A DNA stretch of 64,000 bases from a virus (Duplodnaviria; Caudoviricetes), in the IMG/VR virus record IMGVR_UViG_3300044618_001634, positions 299 through 64,298 of that record. One strand, written 5' to 3'. Below, piece by piece: positions 9,267-19,280 of the stretch. Each line of letters opens with the position of its first letter. Position 1 is the stretch's first letter. The notes under the pieces are model-generated. The model had not been told where the DNA came from. It did not search any database and saw only the letters and a program-made list of their open reading frames with translations. A program made the position numbers and the translations under genes.

Positions 9267-10144
9267 AAAAAATATTAGTTACAGGTAGTAATGGATTTAT
9301 TGGGCAACACCTGTGTCCGGCGCTGGATCAGTTAGGGCATAGTGTATATGCTGTTGATCGAACACTAGGCGGAGATTTATGCGATAAAGCATTTGTGGAT
9401 GGATTGCCGGATGTAGATATTGTGGTACATCTTGCCGCCCATAACGGTACAAAACATTTTTATAATCGGCCATTTGATGTTGTTCGAGACGGTGTGTTGC
9501 CAACACAATATCTGTTAGAACGTTATGCTGGCAAAGTTAGTAGATTTGTGTTTACTGGAACTTGTGAAAGTTATGCCGGCGCTGTGGATTTGTTTAATTA
9601 TCCAGTTCCCACAGATGAAAAGGTTCCCTTGGTCATTGGTGACGTAACTAACCCTCGCTGGAGTTACGGAGGCAGTAAGATTGTAAATGAAATCCAGGTT
9701 GTTGCTGCCAAAGAACAATTTGGTCAACGCTATTCAATTATACGATATCACAATGTATATGGGCCAGGCCAACAGGATCACTTTATTCCTGAATTTTATC
9801 AGCGGGCACTCACTGGTGATCTTACACTGTATGGCTGGGAAAATACTCGTAGCTTTATGTACATCAGTGATGCTATTGTTGCTACTATGCGTGTAATTCT
9901 GGAAGAATCGTTTACAAATGAAATTGTAAACATTGGCATTGATAACGAGATCAGTATTAAAGATTTAGCAGGAAAAATTCTAACAGTTGCTGGCATTGAT
10001 GGAGAGTTGATATTAAAAGATGCTCCAGAAGGTTCAGTAAAACGTCGGTGTGCCGACGTATCAAAGTTTAATCGACTTACCTGGTTTGTGCCAAAAGTCG
10101 AGTTAGATGAAGGCATTAGATTAACATTAGAGAGTTTAAAATGA
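9263..10144 (+). CDS. NAD-dependent nucleotide-sugar epimerase/dehydratase (extended SDR)
   Basis: ATG at 9263 (ATGA overlap); TGSNGFIG, HLAA, YGGSK, RYHNVYGP. Confidence 0.85.
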   Translation: MKKILVTGSNGFIGQHLCPALDQLGHSVYAVDRTLGGDLCDKAFVDGLPDVDIVVHLAAHNGTKHFYNRPFDVVRDGVLPTQYLLERYAGKVSRFVFTGTCESYAGAVDLFNYPVPTDEKVPLVIGDVTNPRWSYGGSKIVNEIQVVAAKEQFGQRYSIIRYHNVYGPGQQDHFIPEFYQRALTGDLTLYGWENTRSFMYISDAIVATMRVILEESFTNEIVNIGIDNEISIKDLAGKILTVAGIDGELILKDAPEGSVKRRCADVSKFNRLTWFVPKVELDEGIRLTLESLK

Positions 10145-10935
10145 AAATAGGTGTAATTGGTTGGGGTGTTGTTGGAAGTGCATGCGGCGAAGGCTTTAAA
10201 ATGCTCGGACACGATGTTAAGATTCATGATTCTAAATTTAATACACTGATTAACGAAGTGCTCGATACCGAACTGGTATTTGTTTGTGTGCCAACGCCGC
10301 CTGGTCCTAACGGAGAGTGCGATCTTAGTATTGTGCATCAAACTATTCAGCACCTTATTGCCAATAATTATCAAGGTGTTATTGCGCTTAAATCAACCAG
10401 CGTACCAGGAACAACACAAAGTATTATTGATCAATACCCAGATCTTGACATTTGCTTTGTTCCAGAATTTTTACGTGAGCGTACTGCATTAGAGGATTTT
10501 GTTCGCAATCATGATTTGTTAGCAGTAGGTTGCCACACCGATCGTGCATGGCATCGTGTATGTGAAGCACACGACTGGTTGCCAAAAAATAAGGTACGCA
10601 TGACTCCAACTGAAGCTGAGATTCTTAAGTATTACAGTAATACATTTAATGCTGTGCGTATTGTATTTGCTAATGTCATGTATGAAATTTGTGAAAAGTT
10701 AGACAGCGATTACGAAACTATTCTAAATACTTTCTTGTTGCGCAAAACTACAAGCCCAGATTATTTAAGTTGTGGTCCAGACATGCGCGGATACGGTGGC
10801 ATGTGTTTGCCCAAAGATACTAAGGCTATGGCTGACTTATGTAAAAGATTGGACTTACCGTTTGAATTATTTGATACTGTAGATCATGATAACAGTCAAG
10901 TCAAGCGTACAGTATTTCCTGGTATGCGTTTTTAA
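10141..10935 (+). CDS. UDP-glucose/GDP-mannose 6-dehydrogenase family, short form
   Basis: GWGVVG, FVCVPTP, KST, PEFLRE, KYYSN, GYGGMCLPKD (catalytic Cys); no C-terminal domain. Confidence 0.85.
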   Translation: MKIGVIGWGVVGSACGEGFKMLGHDVKIHDSKFNTLINEVLDTELVFVCVPTPPGPNGECDLSIVHQTIQHLIANNYQGVIALKSTSVPGTTQSIIDQYPDLDICFVPEFLRERTALEDFVRNHDLLAVGCHTDRAWHRVCEAHDWLPKNKVRMTPTEAEILKYYSNTFNAVRIVFANVMYEICEKLDSDYETILNTFLLRKTTSPDYLSCGPDMRGYGGMCLPKDTKAMADLCKRLDLPFELFDTVDHDNSQVKRTVFPGMRF

Positions 10936-11864
10936 ATAAACTCTCGCATGTGGCGCCAGCATGCACCCGATTGCAGTTCATTAAAATTCCAGTGGCTCAT
11001 AGCCAGCCGTTCAACCCACTTTTGCCTATCTGGTAACAGTGGGTTTTCAATTTGTGTCAAATCAGTGTTGGCGATTTCAGCACACTGGCTTCGTGCTGGA
11101 TCTGTAATAAAAACTGGCCACCCTTCGATTGCGGCACCTACTACTGGACTTGAATTGTGATTAACAACTGCCCAGCAATGTTTAAGGTCTTTGTTTAATG
11201 GTGGATTATCGATACTTATTTCAATCGATCCTAAACCTCTTTGATTACAAAGGTGTATAATTTCATTACAGTAACGGGGGCTTTGACGATCGCCCGGATG
11301 AGGACGTAATCGTATAGGTCTTTGTGTATGTTGTCTAAGTTTAGCAATAGTAGTTACCGCCCAATCAACTACACTGTATCCTCCCATCGACCATCCTCCG
11401 TTGCGTTGTAAACATAACAAAATATGATTTCCGGTGGGTCTATAATCTTTAAGGTGGATGCCCAGATCTTTACTAATTTGTTGCCACCTTGATGGTGTTG
11501 GTGTAGTATCACAATAGATACCAGTGTTTGGAAACACACCATTAAAACTATATCTAAGATAGTGTTGAGGATTTCCAGGAGTGGCATATAGAAATAAATT
11601 ACTATCAACCGCTACTACACGTCGGTTAGTTCGAATTTGTTCTTGTATTATTTGATTTCGCAAACGCAAATGAGGAGCTTCAGCAACATCTGCAATCCAT
11701 CCTTGTATCACTGCTACGTCTGTAGAACGATATTGGTGATCTTCAACATCAATGACCTGTTCACCGAGTAATCTAGCACCCTCAGCAAAAAATTTCAGCA
11801 GATTAACTTTTTCTGGATTCTTAGCGTTAGGAACTGTGCGATGATATACTGCCACTGATGTCAT
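10932..11864 (-). CDS. KpsS-like GT-B glycosyltransferase, paralog 2
   Basis: ILLCLQ, LRPHP, NSSPVVGAAIEGWPVF, and a C-terminal W..LA..HW...E...G motif. Confidence 0.6.
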   Translation of the reverse strand: MTSVAVYHRTVPNAKNPEKVNLLKFFAEGARLLGEQVIDVEDHQYRSTDVAVIQGWIADVAEAPHLRLRNQIIQEQIRTNRRVVAVDSNLFLYATPGNPQHYLRYSFNGVFPNTGIYCDTTPTPSRWQQISKDLGIHLKDYRPTGNHILLCLQRNGGWSMGGYSVVDWAVTTIAKLRQHTQRPIRLRPHPGDRQSPRYCNEIIHLCNQRGLGSIEISIDNPPLNKDLKHCWAVVNHNSSPVVGAAIEGWPVFITDPARSQCAEIANTDLTQIENPLLPDRQKWVERLAMSHWNFNELQSGACWRHMREFI

Positions 11865-12868
11865 TTTTTTGCAGTTTCAATTACAGGCAATAATGCCAAC
11901 CATGCTTCGCCGGTGTACATTTCATCTAGTGTCCATTGGCATAGTGCTAATTGTTCAAGCCATACATTAACCTCTGCAGGATCGGACATTTTTATATCTT
12001 CAATTTCTTTAACAAAATTAGTACTAATACTCCAGGCAAAATTTCCAGTATCGCATGCTACTGTAGGTATACCGGCTATGATACTATCAATGGCTAAACC
12101 ACTAGTATATGTTACTGTACAATATGCATCAGCAAGGTCATCTGCCCAGGCCACTTCGGCACCATCGCTAAATTTGATGTTGGAGATCCCTTCTAATAAT
12201 ATTTTACGGGCAAGTTCTTCATGATCTCCAAATGCTCGCATGCTTGCTAGTGGATGATTTCGTACTACGATTGGACGATCGCTTACTTTTCGTATGTCTC
12301 GTATGGTTCGGAATGCCCAATCATTGATATCAGTCCCTCGCAAACTGGCATCGCCCGGCAACTGCAATGCCAGTACTATGTGTCCGTCAATATTATTTTG
12401 CCAGCCGGACCACTCAATCCCTAAATCGTCTAATCTTGTTTTGCCTCGAGCTGAATCTAGATCTGGCCAACTGGCGCTTTGATTTAAAAATCCATTCACA
12501 CCTACTCTCCAGTGTGTATTCTCGTTTGAAGTTTTGCGCCCTAGTAATGGAGTTTCGATACAAACGAAACACTTAGAATTTTGTGCAACACTATTGCGTA
12601 CTAAATGATGTCCTTTTTCTCTTGGCTTCCAACTTCCAGACATCACAGCAACATCGCACGGAGTGTAATTTTCACTATATTCATACTCTAAAGTATTAAC
12701 AACATCAGCCTGCACGTTTGCCCATCGTCCAATCCTTACAATATCTTTAAAACGATCTTCTTCGGGCAAATTTTCTTGAATCCATTTATCGATTCCTGCT
12801 CCAAAATTTTGCAGTAATTCTCGTTCCAGGTAACTGTTAGCTGTTGCCATAAAAATTTTAATGTTCAT
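11861..12868 (-). CDS. KpsS-like GT-B glycosyltransferase, paralog 3
   Basis: LALQLPGDAS, VRNHP, TSGLAIDSIIAGIP, LALCQWT..E...G. Confidence 0.65.
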   Translation of the reverse strand: MNIKIFMATANSYLERELLQNFGAGIDKWIQENLPEEDRFKDIVRIGRWANVQADVVNTLEYEYSENYTPCDVAVMSGSWKPREKGHHLVRNSVAQNSKCFVCIETPLLGRKTSNENTHWRVGVNGFLNQSASWPDLDSARGKTRLDDLGIEWSGWQNNIDGHIVLALQLPGDASLRGTDINDWAFRTIRDIRKVSDRPIVVRNHPLASMRAFGDHEELARKILLEGISNIKFSDGAEVAWADDLADAYCTVTYTSGLAIDSIIAGIPTVACDTGNFAWSISTNFVKEIEDIKMSDPAEVNVWLEQLALCQWTLDEMYTGEAWLALLPVIETAKK

Positions 12869-13649
12869 TTATTATCCTGTATGCTGTGCCATTTTTTAAT
12901 TCACTTATGTGAAACTGACCGTAGGCCAAATGGCAGGCCCAGGCATATAACTTATCGCTGTCGGCGTAGTAAGGTGTTTCAATTTGTGCAAGGTCTTTGC
13001 AAGCTACCGGATCTGCGGCATTTGGGGCTACTGTAAACACAGGTATGCCGTGCAATATACTTTCGGTTGCGGCTATTGTATTATAAGCTACCACCGCAAA
13101 TACATCATTATCAAGTGCCTGCTCAAACGTGTTAACAAGAACACGATTTCCACGCTTTCCTGGTTTTGATCTAATTTCTACCGGGCGGTCTGTGTGCTGT
13201 GCCAATGTGTTTAAAATAGTATCGATCCATTGCTCAGTATCAATGCCATAAAATTTGGCGGGCTTTTCGCCTGGTGGAAGAACTAATATTTTACGACCAC
13301 TTTTTTTCCAGGGCGGTATAATACGATTGTGTTTCAGCCATCGATCGTCTGGGCGTGATATAATTTCTGTGTGTTGTAAATTATTTTTTGCTATACGATG
13401 CCATAGCTTATATCCTCGAGGATTGGTTGAATTAACTTCGTTGCCAAAATATCCAGTATCCATATAATAAAATGTGCGTCCATCATTCCAGCATTGTTTC
13501 ATTATTTTATGCTTCAAAATACCACGTAACACAATTGGCTCTCGACTGTGATTATATACAAAATCGTCTGTATTAGTCGGCGATACATGTGCCCCAGCGG
13601 CAAGCATATTCATATACTTGTCTGTTCCACCTTTACTAAGAAATATCAT
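12858..13649 (-). CDS. KpsS-like GT-B glycosyltransferase, paralog 4
   Basis: YMDTGY, IRSKP, NTIAATESILHGIPVF, LAYGQF...E...G. Confidence 0.55.
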   Translation of the reverse strand: MIFLSKGGTDKYMNMLAAGAHVSPTNTDDFVYNHSREPIVLRGILKHKIMKQCWNDGRTFYYMDTGYFGNEVNSTNPRGYKLWHRIAKNNLQHTEIISRPDDRWLKHNRIIPPWKKSGRKILVLPPGEKPAKFYGIDTEQWIDTILNTLAQHTDRPVEIRSKPGKRGNRVLVNTFEQALDNDVFAVVAYNTIAATESILHGIPVFTVAPNAADPVACKDLAQIETPYYADSDKLYAWACHLAYGQFHISELKNGTAYRIINEH

Positions 13650-14218
13650 TTCAACTTTATCTCTGCTTTTATGTATTTTGGACGTCGATCTATTACTTCC
13701 ACAATATCAAAACATTGTTCGTGTGCAGTCCTTGGACGTATATCCATAATAATTTTGGTATTCTCGTGACTATGTTTCCTAATTAAATCTTGGTAAGTGT
13801 CAACTGGATAGTGATATCCGCAAGACAGATAACTACAAATTAAATCAAATTTTGTATCTTCTGGAATATCAATCTTGGTGGCATCAACAAATCGATATTT
13901 TAAATCAGTGTGTTGATCAAAATATTCTTTTAATTTTTCAATCGGATTATAAAATTTCATTGTTTCAGCAGGGCCGTAACGAACTAACCGATCGCTTCTA
14001 GATGGACTATTAGAAAAATCACCATCTAATAACCATACATTAGATTTTGACTGTTGATAAAACTGTTGAGATTCAAAAGCAAATCCACACCCTATGTCAA
14101 GTATAGACTCAGGCGCTGATCCTAAATATCCGGAGATAGATTTAAACGATTGTGTTTTTTCTTTGATATAATCAGGTAACAACCAGCCCTGTAACCATTT
14201 GTCATGATTATCAAGCAT
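13646..14218 (-). CDS. Class I SAM-dependent methyltransferase
   Basis: ILDIGCG motif I and FDLICS. Confidence 0.75.
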   Translation of the reverse strand: MLDNHDKWLQGWLLPDYIKEKTQSFKSISGYLGSAPESILDIGCGFAFESQQFYQQSKSNVWLLDGDFSNSPSRSDRLVRYGPAETMKFYNPIEKLKEYFDQHTDLKYRFVDATKIDIPEDTKFDLICSYLSCGYHYPVDTYQDLIRKHSHENTKIIMDIRPRTAHEQCFDIVEVIDRRPKYIKAEIKLK

Positions 14219-14901
14219 TACTGACTACGCTGTAAGCAATAATCTGTAAGCATACGCTCACGATGCCATTCGTCACCCATTGGTGTTGTGGCAAATTCTG
14301 TAAAGCAAGGTGTGCCTAGCGTATAATGCAACAGCTTGGCATCCGGATTTGGGCCATACTCGTCTGGTAACCAGTTCCACTCTCGAGGTAATTCACCAAT
14401 GCGCTCATCATCGATCCAACTAAAACGATGCAGGTATGCGCCTGTACTGTTTTCAATAAATTCTGGAGTTAATTTTCTATTAGGATGGTTATTGCAATTC
14501 CAAAGAATAACGCTGGACCAATTCTTCCGCGGATAATCTTCATTCTTACTACCAAGATATTTTTCTGTCATCTTGGTTTTGTAATCATGTTTGACTACCA
14601 TGACATCTGTGTGACTTTCACGCAAGTCCCAAAGTTTAGTAATGTCGTCTCTAACAATCATGTCTCCATCGATAAAAATTGCCCAGCCCTGGTAACTCAT
14701 TAGATGCGGCACCAAGAAACGACTGTAGATAAAGTGATTACTGCCGTCGGTGTGTGTTTCTGTGTAGTCTTTAAACAAGTTAAGTGCCAACGGCATAATT
14801 GCCACTGGGCGGCTAGCATGCCTAATAATACTGTTCGCACACACATGGAATGCAATTGCTTCGCGAGGATCGTACCCGATAAAAATTGGAATTGGTGTCA
14901 T
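14218..14901 (-). CDS. GT-A glycosyltransferase (GT8-like)
   Basis: Probable start MTPIPIFIGYDPRE; SRFLVP, FIDGD, YPRKNWSS, WN, LHYTLGTP. Confidence 0.8.
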   Translation of the reverse strand: MTPIPIFIGYDPREAIAFHVCANSIIRHASRPVAIMPLALNLFKDYTETHTDGSNHFIYSRFLVPHLMSYQGWAIFIDGDMIVRDDITKLWDLRESHTDVMVVKHDYKTKMTEKYLGSKNEDYPRKNWSSVILWNCNNHPNRKLTPEFIENSTGAYLHRFSWIDDERIGELPREWNWLPDEYGPNPDAKLLHYTLGTPCFTEFATTPMGDEWHRERMLTDYCLQRSQ

Positions 14902-14903
14902 GT

Positions 14904-15359
14904 CTATATTGTAATGTCTTCCATCCCAGCTGCACGTAATCGAACCACGTGACCCATTTGCCATTGTTTGGTATCGAGTCCCTTCATGATGCCTAGCCAG
15001 CGATTGCGTAACAGTGCCACTTCGTTGATAATTGTTTCAAAGTCAATGACTTCGTCTTCACCATCTACATACTTTTCAGCATCGCGACTAGATAATGTTC
15101 TAGCATAGCCTTCAAGATATTTTTGAAAATGTTTACGACGAATTTTGCGTAGTTGTATGTTAAGGAAATTTAATACTGCTTCGATTTCCTGTAGTTGATT
15201 GAACCTGTGCTCTGTTATGCCTGGCAAGGCTGTGATATTTTTCTCCACAAGCCCGCCTATACGACATTCGGCTTTGGCGCCAACTAGCTCATTTTCATAA
15301 TGTTCAATGAAATCTGGAATTGCGCCAAGGTTTGCTACAACTTTACTATACCACATCAA
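14904..15359 (-). CDS. uvsY: UvsY-like recombination mediator
   Basis: Helical ~150 aa; FQKYLEGY...DAEKYVDGEDE...KGLDTKQWQM; two genes downstream of uvsX. Confidence 0.75.
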   Translation of the reverse strand: MMWYSKVVANLGAIPDFIEHYENELVGAKAECRIGGLVEKNITALPGITEHRFNQLQEIEAVLNFLNIQLRKIRRKHFQKYLEGYARTLSSRDAEKYVDGEDEVIDFETIINEVALLRNRWLGIMKGLDTKQWQMGHVVRLRAAGMEDITI

Positions 15360-15613
15360 TAATCCTCGTAGTCATTATCCTCGTCATCATGAAGATCGTC
15401 GTCATCCTCATCCTCGTCGGCATGATCTTTAAGATAGCTGGTTAATGCACGTTTAACATCACTGTCGCTTTTGAATGTTGATTTAATATCATCTGCATTG
15501 CAATCGTTATCGATGAGTACCGACACCAGTATTTCTGCAGCTTCATCACGATCTTGTGGATTCACATAACGCTTGAGCTCATCCCAAATTTCTTTGCTTA
15601 ATTCTACTGACAT
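15356..15613 (-). CDS. Small acidic hypothetical protein
   Basis: 85 aa with an Asp/Glu-rich tail; translationally coupled between uvsX and uvsY. Confidence 0.7.
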   Translation of the reverse strand: MSVELSKEIWDELKRYVNPQDRDEAAEILVSVLIDNDCNADDIKSTFKSDSDVKRALTSYLKDHADEDEDDDDLHDDEDNDYEDY

Positions 15614-15615
15614 TC

Positions 15616-16677
15616 TTATTCCTCCGTTACAGTGTCTTCAGTACTACTTACCGTTTCTTTCTGATTATTGAAGTCAGTCATAACTTTGTCTAAGCAACCG
15701 GCCTCGTTGGATTCCCACTTTTTACGGAACTGTTTGATAATCTCACCATCGCTAGTAACAAACACTAGGCTGTTGCCTTCTTTCTTGAGTAGGCCACGTT
15801 TCTCTGCCAAGTCTACCATGCCAGAATATGGATTCATACCTGTTTCGTACGGAATCTTAACCTGCATGCCTTCAAAGGGTTTGGCATAACGAGTTTTCAT
15901 TACTTTACAACCAGCACGGATACCCATAACTTCCGAGATCTTGTTGCCATCTTCATCTTCTTTCAGTTTCATTTTCTTCATAGCAACCACAATACTGCTT
16001 GCATAGATAAAGCCTTGTCCACCTGAGATTTTGTCGTCTGGGTCAAACATGTCCTGGCTTGCGTATGTGTGATTTGTACATACCATGCCCACATTGTAAC
16101 TACCAAACATGTTGACTGAGTTCCGAACTAGACTTGTAAGTGCCTTAGGTTTACGGCCCATGTCACCCTTCATATCGCCTGCTTCAAATTGATTAACGTC
16201 GGTTGGAGTCAACAACATACCCAAAGAATCAATTACAAACAGGACCTTTATACGCTCACCATCGGGTAAGGCTTTGTAGTCGGTCATAAATGTTGAGATT
16301 GTTTTAGCAACATCATCAATCATGGCCATATTAAGTTTAAGCAATTTATCTTCGCCGGTATCAACACCTAACGCATGTAACCATGCTTCATCAAGTGCAT
16401 TTTCTGTATCAATTAAGATAACAAAAATGCCTTGTTCTTGTGCATTTTTAACAATGTTACCACTACAGATATATGATTTACCAGCACCAGATTCTCCAGC
16501 AAACACTGTGACCTTGCCGAGTGGAATACCTTTGTTAAAGTCCCCAGAGATCAAATAATTTAAAGCAAAGTTACCTGTGCTGATCCAATCAGTCGGGTCG
16601 TTAAATCCAATACTAAGACCATCAATGCTCTTAGTGATTTCCTTACGGAACTTGCTTACGTCAAATGGCTTTCCCAT
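15616..16677 (-). CDS. uvsX: UvsX RecA-like recombinase
   Basis: GESGAGKS, IDTEN, VIDSLG, TNHTY, SGGQG, KTRY. Confidence 0.95.
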   Translation of the reverse strand: MGKPFDVSKFRKEITKSIDGLSIGFNDPTDWISTGNFALNYLISGDFNKGIPLGKVTVFAGESGAGKSYICSGNIVKNAQEQGIFVILIDTENALDEAWLHALGVDTGEDKLLKLNMAMIDDVAKTISTFMTDYKALPDGERIKVLFVIDSLGMLLTPTDVNQFEAGDMKGDMGRKPKALTSLVRNSVNMFGSYNVGMVCTNHTYASQDMFDPDDKISGGQGFIYASSIVVAMKKMKLKEDEDGNKISEVMGIRAGCKVMKTRYAKPFEGMQVKIPYETGMNPYSGMVDLAEKRGLLKKEGNSLVFVTSDGEIIKQFRKKWESNEAGCLDKVMTDFNNQKETVSSTEDTVTEE

Positions 16678-16678
16678 G

Positions 16679-17836
16679 TTAATTTCCTTCTTTAAGTTTA
16701 TATAATTCTTTAAAAATCTTACTGCTGCCTACACCACGTCGCTGGTCCATTATTGCTAATTTTTCAAAGGAACTGTTTAGATCCTTTGCAAATGGTTGTT
16801 GAATATAGTATAACATATTCCGATAGCTATCTTCAAGCAAATATCCTGGTTTACCTGAAATTAGATGTTCTAATTTATGCTCTAGTAATTGTAACACACT
16901 TTTTGGCAAATGTCTAATGTTTAGGTATTCTGGAGTTAGTAATGCTCCAATTACAAAACTATTTGGGTGAAAACCTTGTTTTCTCAAAAATGCAACACAA
17001 TCAAACACAGAATTGTAATTTAACAAAAACCAAAGCATGTTAAAAGATATCTTGTGCCCAAGATCCTGAATACGTTGTAGATTATCCAAAAAGTCTTGCC
17101 ACTCTCCACCAAATCGTATGTAGTTAAATTCTTGATCCATACTTTCAACACTTATGGTCCAGTGTACATTTTGAAATTCACAGATACGTTCGAACACTTG
17201 AGTATTAGTCTTACTGAGATTTGTGTTGACTCTAAGATTTACTCTGGGATTTTTTTCCAACAACAAATCCAATAGTTCTAAATTTTGTTTCATCAGCAAG
17301 GGCTCACCGCCGGCTAGATACACATGTTTAAGATTGTCGGCATGATCAAAAATATATTTTTTAAACTGTTCAAACTTGCCTAGGTCGGGCTGTTGTATGT
17401 TGACGTCTAGTTCATCTGCCCAGCGACTACTGAATATTGGTGTGCAATACACGCAGGCAAAATTACACAGATTAGTCCAGCGAACATCAATGGATTGAAG
17501 ATTGTGGTATCCAGTTTGATCATATATAGTTGGATCTGTACGTTTGAGTTCTCTAATATAAAACACACGATCGCTTATTATTTCAAATCCACGTTTGTTT
17601 TGTTCGATATCCTTGCAAGGTCGGCAACTATTCACAGGTTGTTGTTGCTGTATTTGTGACTGTCTATTGGCATTAGTGTCGCCAGTAAGTATTTGTTCTA
17701 TTGTTTGCTCTTGTATGTTACCCAGTGGAGTACTACTGCGAATGCAATTTTTAACTGTGCCATCAAAGTTATACATCAACCCAGTCCATGGCATAGGACA
17801 AAACTGTGTATTAGTCAGCATGTCCTTGGGAGTCAC
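16679..17836 (-). CDS. Radical SAM protein with an N-terminal SPASM/twitch-like Cys domain
   Basis: Probable GTG start at 17836 (GTGA overlap); FCPMPW...C...CRPC, then CNFACVYC, GGEP, NTN. Confidence 0.85.
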   Translation of the reverse strand: MTPKDMLTNTQFCPMPWTGLMYNFDGTVKNCIRSSTPLGNIQEQTIEQILTGDTNANRQSQIQQQQPVNSCRPCKDIEQNKRGFEIISDRVFYIRELKRTDPTIYDQTGYHNLQSIDVRWTNLCNFACVYCTPIFSSRWADELDVNIQQPDLGKFEQFKKYIFDHADNLKHVYLAGGEPLLMKQNLELLDLLLEKNPRVNLRVNTNLSKTNTQVFERICEFQNVHWTISVESMDQEFNYIRFGGEWQDFLDNLQRIQDLGHKISFNMLWFLLNYNSVFDCVAFLRKQGFHPNSFVIGALLTPEYLNIRHLPKSVLQLLEHKLEHLISGKPGYLLEDSYRNMLYYIQQPFAKDLNSSFEKLAIMDQRRGVGSSKIFKELYKLKEGN

Positions 17837-18366
17837 AGTGGCCCTAAACTTATGTCTGGTATGCAAAGACCATTGGCTTCGGCCATGTTTAATATAGATA
17901 CTAGTGTTGCGGCCCATGTGGTAGGATTTGCAGATGACGGCACAGTTTTATCTGCGCTGGTTGCTATGTCACCGGGCCTAACCAATGTAATACGAATACC
18001 CAACCGTCGATGTCTAATCTGTTGAACTGCTTGTTCTAACGATAGTTTTTGTATGCGGTATTGATCCATGTCCAGACCCGGCAAACTGCTGACCGGTTGC
18101 TGAGTCATCATGGTAGAAATAACCACAATATGTTTTCCTGTGCTGGTCCATCGCTTGGCCATTTCAAACAATAATTCAGTTTGCGAGTATCCGGCTTGTG
18201 CATTGTTGATAAACATATCGCACGGTTCAATCTGGTCACAGATTTTAGGAATGTTGCGTATGTTATTACCATCACGGCGACTAAGGCCAACAACTTCGTG
18301 ACTGGCATACGCACAAGACAATGCTTGTCCTATACCTGCGGTGTGTCCGGTAATGGCTATCTTCAC
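17833..18366 (-). CDS. Short-chain dehydrogenase/reductase (minimal)
   Basis: TGHTAGIG, INNA, YRIQK (YxxxK), VRPG. Confidence 0.8.
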   Translation of the reverse strand: MKIAITGHTAGIGQALSCAYASHEVVGLSRRDGNNIRNIPKICDQIEPCDMFINNAQAGYSQTELLFEMAKRWTSTGKHIVVISTMMTQQPVSSLPGLDMDQYRIQKLSLEQAVQQIRHRRLGIRITLVRPGDIATSADKTVPSSANPTTWAATLVSILNMAEANGLCIPDISLGPL

Positions 18367-19280
18367 TCAATTCCTCGCAATTGTTTTTGTTTGCGTATGT
18401 ATGCTTGAGCAGACTCTGGATTGTTATTATCAACCGACAGCTCAGGCGGATCTTTTAAATAAGCATACGAATGATCAATTCCATGTTCTTTTGCGAATGC
18501 TTGTATATTTGGCAAGTCACCAACATTCAGTACACTAACAGTGGTCCACAGATTCAAATCTACAGGCATGGTCCGATAAATCATTAGATTGCGATAAAAA
18601 TCTTCCCACCGGATGGGCCAACGAACTAAATCATGCACATCACCAATGCCATCGCAACTGACTGTGACTGTGACTTTGATCCCACGAGCGGCTATTTCAG
18701 TCAATTCAGTTAGAACAGTGTTGCAATTGGTGTTGAGTCTTAAAGTTTTTACATTGGGTGGCAGATTGGCTAGAATGTGTCGATAGTTTTTACTGTAACT
18801 TGGTTCTCCGCCGTTGATATCAAGATGCACTATGCGTTCTTGCGGAAGTTGCCAAAATTGTTCACTGTTGTTAACTGTCTGTGTGATTTCACCGGGACGC
18901 CAATCTGATTCAGCATATTGTTTGTATACCAAACTAGCAATAAAACTACTGTGTTCCTTGTTACAAGTCATACAAGCACTGTTGCAAACATTATCCAAGA
19001 CACCGCCCACTTGTAGATAATTTGCTTGTTCGGTAGACTTGTCTAATTCAATTGCGTGTTGACGTATGCTGATATTGCCTTGTTGTTCAACTTCTTGACA
19101 ACGAACACATTCAATAGGCCATTGGTCGAAAGACATAAGTTCTTTGGTGTTGGCCAGCCACGAACTAGATTCCATTTCTGTCAGGGTTGAAAATTGTCTT
19201 GCTTGAACCATGTGACCACAACGGCTTACGGTGCCGTTGGTATTGAAACGAACAAAGTGGTCTAGTCTAGGACAGCGCAT
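18363..19280 (-). CDS. Radical SAM protein with an N-terminal Cys domain
   Basis: C..SRC..CVRC, then CNSACMTC, GGEP, NTN. Confidence 0.85.
   Translation of the reverse strand: MRCPRLDHFVRFNTNGTVSRCGHMVQARQFSTLTEMESSSWLANTKELMSFDQWPIECVRCQEVEQQGNISIRQHAIELDKSTEQANYLQVGGVLDNVCNSACMTCNKEHSSFIASLVYKQYAESDWRPGEITQTVNNSEQFWQLPQERIVHLDINGGEPSYSKNYRHILANLPPNVKTLRLNTNCNTVLTELTEIAARGIKVTVTVSCDGIGDVHDLVRWPIRWEDFYRNLMIYRTMPVDLNLWTTVSVLNVGDLPNIQAFAKEHGIDHSYAYLKDPPELSVDNNNPESAQAYIRKQKQLRGIE

Noticed and set aside
3502-14901. Host LPS/capsule locus misassembled into the contig
   Set aside because: The genes use the same phage late boxes, abut uvsY with a 2-nt gap, and lack the membrane export and polymerase genes of cellular loci.
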